This document shows, piece after piece, positions 41,697-54,462 of a stretch of DNA of 64,000 nt (positions are counted from its first letter, which is position 1; every line of letters starts with the position of its first letter). Source of the DNA: Octopus sinensis. Lineage: Eukaryota. Position numbers and translations under genes: made by a program. The notes under the pieces were generated by a model. It did no database searches and was not told the DNA's origin. It saw only the letters and a program-made list of their open reading frames with translations. The DNA is taken from assembly GCF_006345805.1 (NCBI RefSeq), contig NC_043009.1, positions 372,001-436,000 on the forward strand, read 5' to 3'.

Positions 41697-41747
41697 CTGA
41701 AACAAAATATAATATGCATTACATAAATGCACACACATATATGTGTG

Positions 41748-41813
<66 letters not shown>

Positions 41814-42082
41814 TCTGAGACCTGCTTCGGTCATGACTTACTATGAGATTGCACCTAGAAAGTTACCTTCCCAGTACGGGCAAGGTTGTTAAAGGAAGAC
41901 CAGCAGACGCCCATGCATACCAGCCTCCCCCTCTCCACGCCACCATTGTCATCAAAAGGGTAAGGCAAAGACCGATACAGCTTGGCACCTGTGACGTCGC
42001 AACTCATTTCTACCTTCTGGGATTCACAACCTCACGATCGTAACCTCGACGCCCTAGCCACTGAGCCATGCGCCTATGTATG

Positions 42083-42123
<41 letters not shown>

Positions 42124-42130
42124 TAAATAA

Positions 42131-42173
<43 letters not shown>

Positions 42174-42202
42174 ATATAATATATATATATATATATTAAA
42201 TA

Positions 42203-42248
<46 letters not shown>

Positions 42249-43128
42249 GCAATAACCATTTTAGCCATTTTGAAATGTGGCGCGAATTGGCAATATGACG
42301 TAAAGTCGTATTGCCGAAGAATTATCATTTTCGTTTTTTTCCATTGGTTAATATAACTGCTCATATAAAGATTCTAGAAGTTTCGAAAATAATATTTGTC
42401 ATGGATTTCGATTCTTTTTATGTCAAGTTGAGCAGTTACAAAAACCCTGGATTTTGGAAAATATATCAGTGTTCTTTGGTTGTCACATAAGTCCACGACA
42501 CTCACTCTTTTGGAGACATCGGTAATTTTTATGCCATGTCTAAGTTAATTACAAATCTATTTTGATATGTTCGTTAATGTATTAGATAGAAAGAAGAAAG
42601 CTAATGAATTTATAGTCGTTTTTCTTCACGACAAAGTTATCTTTCTTACTGTAAATAATATAAAATGTTATATTTATATAATAAAAAACGATTAAAAAGA
42701 AAATGTTTCTCTTCACGTTTGTTTTTCAACTGAGCATAGATAAATATGCATTTCTGCAATCTTTGATTTATGTTTCTTATAGCGGTTTAAAGGACACGAT
42801 TAAAATATTCAACATACATGTCATTAATATAGCGTTTCGTGCGTATATGTCTATATGACGTTATAACTGTAGTTAGGGTTTAGGTATAATGATAACAATT
42901 TAGTATAAGTGACGTTGAATCATTATATTCTCCCTTACTCAGAGAAAAGCCAAAAATAAATAATATAACCTAAAAGAAAGCTTCAGGTAGAATAACCGAA
43001 AACCGCCGTAGGAAAATATATATATATAAATATATTATTAGTGAATTGAAGAAATGGAGTTGAACTAAGAGCCCATTGACCATGGGCTCTTAGGAGCCTC
43101 GTTCGATTTGTCTTGCTCCGCCTCTGTT

Positions 43129-43202
43129 CTGAAGAGAAAGACACAATATGGTCTCCTTATTCAATCGGAATTTGGTAAATTGTGCCTTTCGAAACACGTG
43201 TA
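43129..43202 (+). ncRNA. Type I hammerhead ribozyme-like motif (Penelope-like element type)
   Basis: CTGAAGA, stem II gaaagacacaat/attgtgcctttc (11 of 12 pairs), GAAA, C-ACGT-G-TA with palindromic stem III. Stem I is weak. Confidence 0.55.
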
Positions 43203-43463
43203 GAATGCAATAAAGCGCTTTCTGTTCAATCTTCGTTCAACTCCATTTCTTCAATTCACTAATAATATTAAAATTCAATTATCCGCACCAACGCACGGTT
43301 GCAACACCATAGGGTTGTACCTCCAACCGTGCTGTCTTCTGCTGTGATTTTTGCTACCAAGGTATCGGTTAAACTTTTGATTAATCTGCAACAAGATTAT
43401 TCATCTTTCTATTTCGCAAAATATATATAAATATATATATACACACACACACATATATATACA

Positions 43464-43522
<59 letters not shown>

Positions 43523-43679
43523 TATACATACATTTATATATATATACATACACATACATATACATACATATATAGACGGTTCTGGTTTTCACCCAGTCTG
43601 GTTTTCAAAACGGGAAACAAGTCCCTTGCAGTGAACTACCGTCCGACCGCACTCATCTCATATTATCAAGTTATTCGAG

Positions 43680-44500
43680 AGAGTGGGGATATGACGAACA
43701 ACCCACTTTCTTGAAGGCAACAGACTGCTGAACCCAAACCAACACGGGTTCTGTATTGGAAGGAAATGCCTAACACAGCTCTTGCATCACTTTGATGACA
43801 TTTTGAGAGCTTTGGGAGAGGGCTTGAATACCTTGATTTCAGCATTGGATTACTACAATGGATCAAGTGTTTCCTGACAGACAGAACCCAACACGTCGTA
43901 GTCGAAGGAGTAAAATCAAGCCCAGCCAAAGTCAGTAGTAGTGTCCCAGAAGGCAATATGTTGGGCCCACTTCTTTTCATCATCTACATCAATGACATTA
44001 CTGACATCATTAAGCACAGCAACATAAGAATCTTTGCAGATGGTTCCAAGATTCAGAAGGTCATCAAGGAAGTGGGTGACCGGACATACATTCAGACAGA
44101 TCTACTGGCTGTCATCCAATGGTCGGAAAAGAATAATATGCTGCTGAACGAGGACAAAATTTTAATTAATCCACTTCGGAAAAGAAGACACCCTGAAACT
44201 CCCATGCTCTCTTCCTTCAGGTGAAACTCTCGTGCCATCCAACAACATCAGAATATTGGGAGTAATTGTGGACAACAGCATAAGCTGGGCCTCTCATATA
44301 AACAGCAAAGTTGACATGGCCTTCGGAATGTGTTTCTGGATTCTCATCACTTTCCAGTCATGAGATATCCACACCATTATCCTTCTCTTCTCCACTTTTG
44401 CCCGACCTCAGCCTGAATACTGTTGTCTACTGTGGTCTCCCCACACGAAACAAAGTATCATGAAAGTTGAAGGACCTCAAAAGTCTATTACAAAAATGAT
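43680..44500 (+). mobile_element. CR1/L2-group reverse transcriptase fragment, degraded
   Basis: Reads WIKCFLTDRTQHVVVEGVKSSPAKVSSSVPEG..LGPLLFIIYIND...IFADGSKI. Confidence 0.8.
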
Positions 44501-44569
44501 AGACGGTATGACAGGCATTGAGCAGACGGTATGACAGGTATTACGAGAGTAGCGCCCCATGCGGCGTCA

Positions 44570-44860
44570 TGAATTTTCTCGTCCTTCTATGCAGTGTTCA
44601 TATATCCTCTTTTGTCCATTTTAGGATGGACGCACTATATCTGATCGTCGCAACTGCCCAGATATTCATTGCAGTAATCAAATTCTTGACATTCAGGTTG
44701 GATGTCAGCACCATCTTCACCCTTTTTTGATACTCCTCGCTGACCTTGACTTTCATTTCTTTGTGTAGAATGTCATCTTGCTCCAAAATCCCTAAATATC
44801 TATGCCCACTACCGTCGGATTCACACATGGTCTCTCCTGATGGTGACCGCAATCCTCTGC
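44570..44860 (-). mobile_element. R4/Dong-type RT thumb fragment
   Basis: Reads YLGILEQDDILHKEMKVKVSEEYQKRVKMVLTSNLNVKNLITAMNIWAV, homologous to the thumb region of families 1-3. Confidence 0.75.
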
Positions 44861-44880
44861 ACCATAACCAAACGTCCATG

Positions 44881-45238
44881 CTTGTTAAATAAATACTAAT
44901 AAACTAAAAGTCGGAAGAATGAGGATGAGAAAGAGTTGGTAGGAAAATGATGAAAGAAAATGGAATAAGATATATTCCAGGCAAGGTTATTTATGGAAGG
45001 CCAGCAGCCGTCCATTCATACCAGTCGCCACTAATGTTATCCAAGTGAAAGCCAAGGCCGATACAGTTTGGCACCAGAGACGTTTCTACAACTGGTGCAA
45101 CGTGGAATAAAGTGTCGCCTCTTTAGTCACTCTTTTTTTCCTTGTATATCTTATTCCATTTTCTTTTATTATTTCTCTACCAACTCTTTCTCATCCTTAT
45201 TCTTCCGGCTTTTAGTTTATTAGTGTTTATTTAACAAG
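44881..45238. repeat. Foldback element with ~94-bp imperfect inverted repeats
   Basis: 44881-44974 is the reverse complement of 45145-45238, with a few mismatches. Confidence 0.8.
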
Positions 45239-46925
45239 TGAGAACGTTTGGTTATGGTGTATTATTTAGAAAATGCAACAGAAATGTCTTTATAACTAAT
45301 ATCATGTTTAAAAGTTATATAATTACAGTTTAAGTGGGACGAAACATCGACCGACACGTACCGTCGCATATGCTGTTCACGTCAAATTGCAACTAGCCAA
45401 TCATGAAACTCGTTAAGGAAACGTCATGCTGATTGCGCAACCAAACATCACGTGTATGTGTGTGGGGGCGGGGCTTGTGTATTTCGTCCAGGAAAAGCCC
45501 TCCTTTAAAGACTTACTGTGTTGAAAAACACAGTACACTTCCAAGTATACTCAGGCAAACATGTATATGTATAAGTAGACGAAGCACGGCCGATTGTTTA
45601 TGAAGACCGCGTTTGAATGAGGCCACGCGTTTGATCCTTCTGCCTGAGATCCTGGGCAAATGTCGTTTTGGGCAGCCTCCTTCCAGTTCATAACGAATGA
45701 GTAAAGTTGGGTAGACGGAAAATGTACAAACGCATGAATTCAAAAGTTTCCTGTAATTCAAAATGTACGGCCTGGTCACGCTCGATGTGTGAAGCTGGTT
45801 CTGGCGGAGAATTACGGGAAGTTGCTCGTGTCTGAGGAATACGCAGTAATTCACTCTCTAATTAAGAGGCAAACAATTCTGTTGATAGAACAACCAAATC
45901 CTCGTCGTCAAACGGTGAGGATCCACTGCTGTCTGTATTGAATACTTACCCTTTTTAATACTTTTTTAAGCATTCATTCCTTCATTGCTGAATATTTCGA
46001 CTATAATGTTTTCAATATTGAGCCCTTTAATTTGTTAACCTTTTTGATACCAACCCACTCCAGGCCACCACTCCTTTTTCTACGATATAGACTTGATTAA
46101 AAGAAATCAAAATTAACCCCTTCCACTGAAATTCCATGTTAATTGTTATACTCAGCACACTAGATTAATAACAGTTTTAGATTTTGGCACAAAACCAGCA
46201 GTTTCAGTGGATGGGATAAGTCGATTATATCGACGTCAATGGACAGTAAACCAGGAAAGGATGAAAGGTAAAAATCACCCTCGGTGGAATTTGAACTCAA
46301 AACGTAAAGAAATGCCGCTTGGTATTTTGTTCAATTCGTTACTGATTTCTCCAGTGCACTGCCTTAAACTCCAAATTTTAATGGTTTCAAATTTCGGCGC
46401 GAGGCCAGTAGTTTGGGGTCGATAAATTGAGTAACAGTTCCAGTCGAATATTAAGCTCGATTTAATTGACTTGTCCCACTCCCTTAAAATTGCTGGGCTC
46501 TTGCCAAAACTAATTGGGATAAAGCAGCATATCTTTTCAAAAATATGGTGGCAAAAAGTTTTATAGTTCTGATGTCCTCACTGCTTATGTCTGCTAATTG
46601 CACTGTTCAGCTCATTTCACTGAATTAATTTAAGCCATGTTTAAAAAAAGTATTTTCACTGATCTCTTTTAGCAAAGTTTTAAACATGTCTCGTGAAAAT
46701 TATCGAATGCGGTTGGAAATGGCAATAGAATAGTTTCAACAACAAAAAAGTAAAGAAATAATTAAAACTTTTCGAAATGACTGGTTCAGTAAGAATAAAG
46801 TGATTGTTCGGTTATATTACAAAATGAATAAATAAATAAGTAAATAAACAAAACGAAATAAAATAGAATAGAATAAACTTCTTTGCACGCCACGTTTGTT
46901 CTGTTCATTGTCGAGTAAATATGTA

Positions 46926-47035
46926 TTGGGTTGTCCGGAAAGTTCGTGCAGATTTTTAGAGGAAAGAAAAATTTCAATAAATACTTGTCATTTTTAATCA
47001 ACCAGATATGAACCATTTTGTTACACAATGCGTCT
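46926..47035. mobile_element. Single-end fragment of the same mariner
   Basis: TA|ttgggttgtccggaaagttcgtgcagattt plus ~80 nt of matching subterminal sequence. Confidence 0.8.
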
Positions 47036-47114
47036 CCTTAAATTTAACAGAGATTAGTATGCTAAAAGTTAAAATTTACAATGTTTGAAAAATATGGTGA
47101 CTAAATGATCATAG

Positions 47115-48282
47115 CCAGAGGACATTTAAAAATAAGTCTTCTCAAGGATGACCTTTTGGCAAGAAACAGCTTCAACAACAACATCAAAAACAGCAACAAC
47201 AACATCAATAACTGGTCATTGATCCCAACAAAATAAAATCTTAATCAAGGGCAATTTGGTAATGGTGTGCAGAGCCAGTTATTAGTCTATTGAGGAATTC
47301 GGACCGATGATGGAAAAAAGCCCAATACTCGAAGATTTTCACTCTTTTCGAAAATTTATCTAATCGAAGACATCTACGAACTTATCAATAGGCAATAATA
47401 ATCATTCTTTCTTATTCGTTGTGTCCCCTGAGTAGGAATAAGATAAGTAAGTCTGTGACATGAATACTGTTTTTCCGGACCCTTCAAGGAGCCAATTAAG
47501 AAAGAAAGAAAGAAAGAAAGAAAGAAAAAGGAAAGAAAAAAGCGATCGAAATATGACAGCTATTTTATTTAGCAACGCCGATTTGATTAATGGCTGGGAC
47601 GGCATCGACAGAATTTGAACGCATAGAACGGAGGGACAGAAGAAATAGTGCAAAGTTTTCTAAGATGGCTGATATTCTACTGCTTTCTAACTAATATTAG
47701 AAAATTGATATTCTACTAAATTCTTCTTTGGAAAATTCGGGTCCGTAACGATTTAAAGCTCTCGAGTTGGTCCGTTCCTCCGTACACATTGTCTGCAAAT
47801 GATCTCCAAGGTATACAGTTAGAATATTTGCTACTACCACCGAGATTATCACTCACAGGCGACTTCACCCGAGCTCGCGCCCGCGGCTTCCATGCTCGCC
47901 GTGGCGTCTTCCTACTCGTCTAGGAGTTCTCCAACCAGGGTACATGTAAGCCTCGTCGTACGGAAGAAAAATTGAGGGATACGTGAGGTGTGTAAAGAAC
48001 ACTAGAATTTTGAAGTAATAACAACAGCCAAACAACTCAGACCAGAAAGAAACGTTGTGAATAAGTGTTTTCAGCAGTTTGTAGCTAAAAACAAATTCCA
48101 TGCAAAACTGTCAACCGAGAAATATCGAGGCACAGGCAAAGCTGAGTGATTAAGAAGGCCGCTTCACAACTACATGGTTTCGGGATCAGTCACACAGCGC
48201 GTCAACTTCTACTATAGCCCCGGGCCGGCCGATAATTTATGAGTGAATTTTGTAGACAAACAGTGTATCGAAACCGGTCATA

Positions 48283-48324
<42 letters not shown>

Positions 48325-49735
48325 CCCCACCACCACTCGACAACCGACAGTGTTTGGTTTAGGTCCCCGTAATGTAGCGGTTCAGCAAAAAAGCCCTCCA
48401 GAATATGTATCAGCTTAAAGAAAGGATTGGATGCGATATGTTCGACTAAATCCTACAAGGCCGTGCTCCAGCGTGGTCGCAGTCCAATGAGTGACACAAA
48501 TAGATGATGAAAAATAAAAGATTCTAACAAGTCAAAATGTCTACAAAGAGTTAATATGTCTAGAAGGACTGTCAAGTTCTACACATCGCCCTGCTAAGTT
48601 ATAAAAATCTAAAACAGATCAAGTAATTTGGAAAGCAAGCGAACTGGTATAACCATTTGCTACACGGGATCGGAAAAAAATAAGACTCTCTTGCGTCATT
48701 CGGCCTTTTTACTCTCTGAGTTCAAATACTTGAGGGGTTATCTCCGCCTTTCATCCCTCAAATTATCAGTAAATAAGATTAACCCTTTCTCCATAGGAGA
48801 GGGAACAAGGGATGCAGTGAGTGCAAACGCACTCCCTAAAATATGTGAGAGAATGAAAACGCTTTGAACATCCTGGCCTGGACCTGGGTTTGCACTCACT
48901 AAACGAATTTCGTTCCAATATTTATGCCTTTGCCAGTCGAAAGAATTTTTGTAAGTTTGCCCCAAAGGCCCATGCTAGTTTTCAAATTTTAAGTTAGCCC
49001 TTGTTTCATACGTCCTGAATAATGGAAAAGTACTTCTATCATAAATTAGGTGTCAAGTTGATGAAAAATAAATATATAAAAATTGGGAATGTGTGTCATA
49101 TATGATGCATGAACGGCCGGGGAAAGATCTGTATTTTACAGGACAGGCTACGGGTAAAGTATCAGTAGAGAAAACCGATTCGACTAAGTCCCTTTTATTC
49201 AAATTTGCGGGCTTTGCACTTAAAATTATAAACAAAGAAATGTAAAACATTATCGTCATACTCTCTCTCTTTCTCTCTCTCTCTCTCGCTCTCTCTTCTC
49301 TCTCTCTCTCTCGCTCTCTCTTTCTCTCTCTCTCTCTCCATATCTCTCTCTCTCTCTCTCTCTCTCATTCTCTCCCAAAAGTTTTAGATGTTAATACAAC
49401 TTACCGAATAAAAGGCATATTCCATAATATAATCCGTTCATGGTGGTAAGATTTTTAGTTTTCTTACTGTATGTAGGAAAATTAACGCCGAACGCTGATT
49501 ATTTTTAAGACTATAGGATAGTTTTGTTTTTTCTTTTGACTGGACGCAAAATTGTTGCTCCTTCAAGTGTAGTTGTCAGCCGATGTAACTGAAGCGAATT
49601 GTTAGGTTAGCAGACGGCAACAATTTTTTTTTCTTCCTTTCTAAAATGTTTTCAGCACTGACCGATGCAGACGAGGCTCTTCCACCGAATACAAGCAAGG
49701 CAGTTTTATATATATATATATATATTATATATATA

Positions 49736-49790
<55 letters not shown>

Positions 49791-52335
49791 CACACACACA
49801 CATATGCGCGCGCACGCACTCACCTTCCCACAGACATGAATACACTCTCATCAATACGCATGCGCGCGCGCACACAAACGCACGCAGACACACACACACA
49901 CACGCACACACAGACAGATACAGGCTCGCAAATTCCCATGTGCATGTATTAATTTATACGTGTATTTATGTATGCCGGTGAGTTGGTGTGTGCGTGTGTG
50001 TGTGTGCTCGTGCGGGTTTGTATGTGCATAAGTATGTGTATGTGTTTGTGTGTATGTAAGTATACACACACACACACACACACATATATGTGGGGTCTGC
50101 GTATTCTATAAATTAGCACGGAAACAACAAACGCTAACTGGTTAATTTAATGCTTAGGACGGAATAAAGGAACTTGACATTTACCTACTGCCAAGTGGCC
50201 TGGGCCAGGAACTAAATACCCGACTCATGTTACAAGGAACCCCACCCCAGCAATCTCGCCATCTTGCCCCAAGGAAAAAAGAAGGATAAACAAAAAGCAA
50301 GAAAATAGTGTACAAGTGTAGATCTTCAAATATATTTGGTTGTCCGGAAAGTTCGTGCCGATTTTTAAAAGAAAGAAAAATGTCAATAAATACTTGCCAT
50401 TGAATTTTTAATCAACCAAATATAAACCGTTTTGTTTCACAATGGGTCTCCATCTTTTCTTTAACTTGAAAATACCCTCTTCCCAGAATTGGGGTGGTTT
50501 CATGGCAAAGAATTCATCAAGGTGTCATATTACGTCATCCAAGGAATTGAAATTTTTACCATTAAGACTATTATGCAGAGACCTGAATAAGTGGAAATCC
50601 GAAGGAGCAATATCTGGTGAATATGGAGGCTGGAGTAACACATTCCAACCGAACTGCAGCAATTTTTTTTGTCTGGTTCCCAATACATCAAGTGACGAAA
50701 TGGAACTTTCTTATTTTCCATTTTAAAGGGTTACAGAATTAACACAGATTATAGGAACATAAACCTTCTTCCACGAAAAGATAGCTTAAACTGTGCTCTA
50801 AATGGAGGTGTAGTCAAATCCTATTTTATGGACTCAACCATGTTCTAAAAAAAGTCGAAAGGTAAGCTACTATAAATCGGCACGAACTTTCCGGACAACC
50901 CAATAGTTACACCGTGGGAAAGGTTCAGAGAAGACAATATTCCTTCGTCAACAGCAGATAGAAAGAAAGAAAGGCAAAGGGTGTTAAGTGAAAAAACGGC
51001 GTTGATTTCGGTGAAGCAAAATGGAAGGTGGGTAGAATGGCGGGTTGCAGTCCAGAGGGGGGGTAGTGGTGGGGAGAAGGGAGGGAGAGGTGCAGGGGAT
51101 AGAGTATGGGGAGGGGGTAGGTGAGTGAAATAAGCGTGCTCGTGAAATTAACGTGCAAGTGGTTGACCACTCCAGATACACGTGTACCCTTAACGTAGTT
51201 CTCGGTGATATTTAGCGTGACACAGTGTGACAAGGCTGGCCCTTTGAATTACAGGCTCAACAGAAACAGGAAGTAAGAGTGAGAGAAAGTTATGTTGAAA
51301 GAGTACAGCCGGGTTCGCCACCATCCCCTGCCGGTGCCTCGTGGGGCCGTAGGTGTTTTCGCTCAATAAACACTCACAGCGCCCGGTCTAGGAATCGAAA
51401 CCGTGATTTCTATGACCGCGAGTTCGCTGCCCTAACCACTGGGCCATTGCGCATCCACTACATCGCACGACTGTACACTTTTCCATACTTTACTGCTTGA
51501 ATCAAGAAGCATGAATCTGTATGTGGTTGTTCGACTTTTGACAAAATAGCAGCTAAATCTGCATTAAATTAAACTCTATGATTTTTCAGAAGGGGAGAGC
51601 ACGTTGGATAATGTAGTCCTAAGTAGATCACTTCGAAGAAGCAAACAGAGTGGCTACGGCTGGAGCGCTCTTCGTCGTACATTTTGCTCAACAACATCAC
51701 TATCATCGTCGTCATCTTCAACGTTATCACCATCATCACCATTATCATCGTCATGATGATGATGAGAGGGAGGGAGGGAGAGGGAGAGGGGGGAAAGAGA
51801 TTACTATGAAATGACAGAGAGGGTGAATATTTTCTCTAACGGGGAGAACCGCTGCAGGGTTGTATACTAGTTTTGTTTTATTCGTTATCATGAGAGATCT
51901 TTTTACTATGAAGTGAATGGTATATGGTATTTCCATATTTTCATAAAATCCATTTATTGAATATTCCTGTAGTAGTAGAAGACTTAGATAGCGAAAGAAT
52001 GCAGTCTATGTATGACATCCATTGAATGTATGTTATCTGTTTATCACACTAATTGCACACGATGAAATATTTCCCCCTATGTCTAATATAATGAATATCT
52101 TTAAAGGCGGCAAGCTGGCAGAAACGATAGCACGCCGGGCGAAATGCTTAGCGGTATTTCGTCTGTCGTTACGTTGTGAGTTCAAATTCCGCCGAGGTTG
52201 ACTTTGCCTGTCATCCATTTGGGGTCGATAAAGTAAGTACCAGTTACGCACTGGGGTTGATGTAATAGACTTAATCCCTTTGTCTGTCCTTCTCTGTTCC
52301 CTCTATATATAGCCCCCTGTGGGCAATAAGAAACG
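47115..52335 (+). repeat. Left arm of inverted duplication 2
   Basis: Reverse-complement match to 54775-64000. The ORF track also gives mirrored pairs: 47865-48101/63055-63291, 48628-48867/62283-62522, 49053-49259/61822-62097, 51751-51936/55149-55373. Confidence 0.92.
50335..50903 (-). mobile_element. Mariner internal-deletion derivative
   Basis: TIR tt(g/t)ggttgtccggaaagttcgtgccgattt with TA target duplication. N-terminus MENKKVPFRH fused to the C-terminal PPYSPDIAPSDFHLFRSL segment. Confidence 0.9.
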
Positions 52336-54407
52336 TTAGCACGCCGGACGGCATTTCATCTGCCGTTACGCACTGGGGTCGATAAATTAAGTACCAGTTA
52401 CGCACTATGGTCGATGTAATAGACTTAATCCCTATGTCTGTCCTTCTTTGTTCAATCCACAGAATTGTCTCCCCTTACTCACAGGAGCTGGATAACTCCT
52501 ACCGCATTTCCTGTTTTGACACACAATCACCCACACTTTCAAAATATACACTACATTTAAACACATGCATCCTAATCTTCCAAAGAAGTTTTTCCAAGGA
52601 CAATTATTGAACTGTAAAAGCATAAAGACTCTACCATGTATTGGTATATTTATTTATGGTATACTTATTTATTAATTTTTGTATATATGTATTATCATTT
52701 TTTTAAAAAACATTGTAAATTTCTTTTCCCCTACTTCAATTTTAAAAAAAAGAAAATTCCCCTTCCAAATCTTGAAAATTTGCCTTGCAATTAAAAGCGT
52801 TTTGATTTATTCTTTTTTCTTTTTTAACTTTTCATACACTCATTTTTATTAAAATTTACTTTCAATTTAGCATTCTACCTTATTATAATTTTTCCTATCC
52901 TATATATATATATATATATATATATAAACGCACTCGCTCACGAATGATCATGGGATTGCACCTAGAAAGTTCTCCTGGAAATTCCGGGCAAGGTTGTTTG
53001 TGGAAGAGCAGCAGTTACTGATGCATACCAGTCTCCCCTCTCCACACCACCGATGTTGTCCAAGGGTAAGTCAAAGGCCAATACAGCTTGGTACTAGTGA
53101 CGTTGCAGCTCATTTCTACGGATGAGTGAACTGGAGCAACGCGAAATAAAGTGTCTTGCTTGAGAACACAACATAAAAACAGATCCGGGAATGGAATTCA
53201 CAACTCCACAATTTTAAGTCCGACACTTTATCCACTGAGCCATGCGCCTTCACCAAAGCAGATATAGCAAACTAATAAGTTTTAAAATTAATTAATTGAC
53301 TTCCACGTTAGCCATACGAAGAATTAGCCACATGAAAAATTCTAACTTCAGTATATTTGGCTATAAAACAGGACTTTGTCGTTTGGCTATAAAACGGGAC
53401 TTGTTCAACGAGACTCGTATGGCGAGATGGGACGCGGCTTCATTCACTATTGAAGTCTGCTAACGCGACTTTCCAGCTGTTTCGGTGTCCCATTTCCGGC
53501 ATATTATTCCGGAACCCAGACAACTGTAAAACTCACCAAGAAATTAGATATAGCTGCTAAGAGCAGCTGCAAGTGGTTGTAATCGACAAGAGACCCCAAA
53601 TAGAACCTTCCTATATGCGAAGGCTAATTTAGTTCATAATTTCTCAGTCGGGCGAAGGCTAAATCAGTACAGAATTCTTCACTCAGGTGAAATGGTGAAA
53701 CAAATGTGCAAAGTGCTGGTGGCATTCAGATGCCCACTGATGATACGGTATAGAAACGTATTCAGTAGAAGAATTCGCAGAAACTCTGAATAGCTACAAC
53801 AGTTTCCATATAGTGCAATGCAACTCCGATATTTATTTCACCTTACGTTTAATTTAAACTACCACTACATGGTCGTTTGCTGCCTTTAATTGTGTCCACA
53901 CTATAAAAAAGCATTCAGGCCAAGGATAACATCCATTCTTCCTCTCTTTCGTCAATCTTAGAAGCCCTGCAATGAGTTATAGACGCTGTTCTTTCTTTCT
54001 TATATCCTTAAGTAATATCAAAGAAATATCTCAATCCATTTTGAGCATAAAATGTAGATTGCTATGAAGCAATCTTCACAGCAACTTAATGGGTTCAAGT
54101 GACGTTAGAATGCTTTCAGTGTTTGTAAACCTAAGTGGAGTCATTTCTAATTCAAACATGAGACCTAATATTTTTTTAGATACGTAGCGAAGTTTTGCTT
54201 TTCAATAATGCTAATTTGAAAACGTTAATTACATAGGCGTTGGCGATGGCCGTGTTGGTAAGAAGCCTGCTTCCCAACCATGTGGCCTTAGGTTCAGTCC
54301 CACTGCGCAGGACTTCGGGTAAGAGTCTTCTACAATAGCTCTGCATCAACCAAAGCCTTGTGAGTGGATATGGTAGACGGAAACTGGAAGAATCTTGTTG
54401 TTTATAA

Positions 54408-54462
<55 letters not shown>

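Larger units (their letters stand above)
19340..41745 (-). repeat. Right arm of inverted duplication 1
   Basis: Partner of 95-18445. Carries an extra Helitron (24264-30405) and different LINEs (31407-38062), and lacks A-arm segment ~790-2890. Confidence 0.92.

Noticed and set aside
42649-42740. Hydrophobic phase-1 frame ending at gtaaga as gene B's first exon
   Set aside because: No in-frame ATG after an upstream TGA; AT-rich low complexity.
46820-46905. MNRTNVACKEVYSILFYFVLFIYLFIYSF as gene B's signal-peptide exon (phase 1, gtaata donor)
   Set aside because: The hydrophobicity comes from a (TATT)n tract and the donor is weak; it cannot be supported without cDNA.
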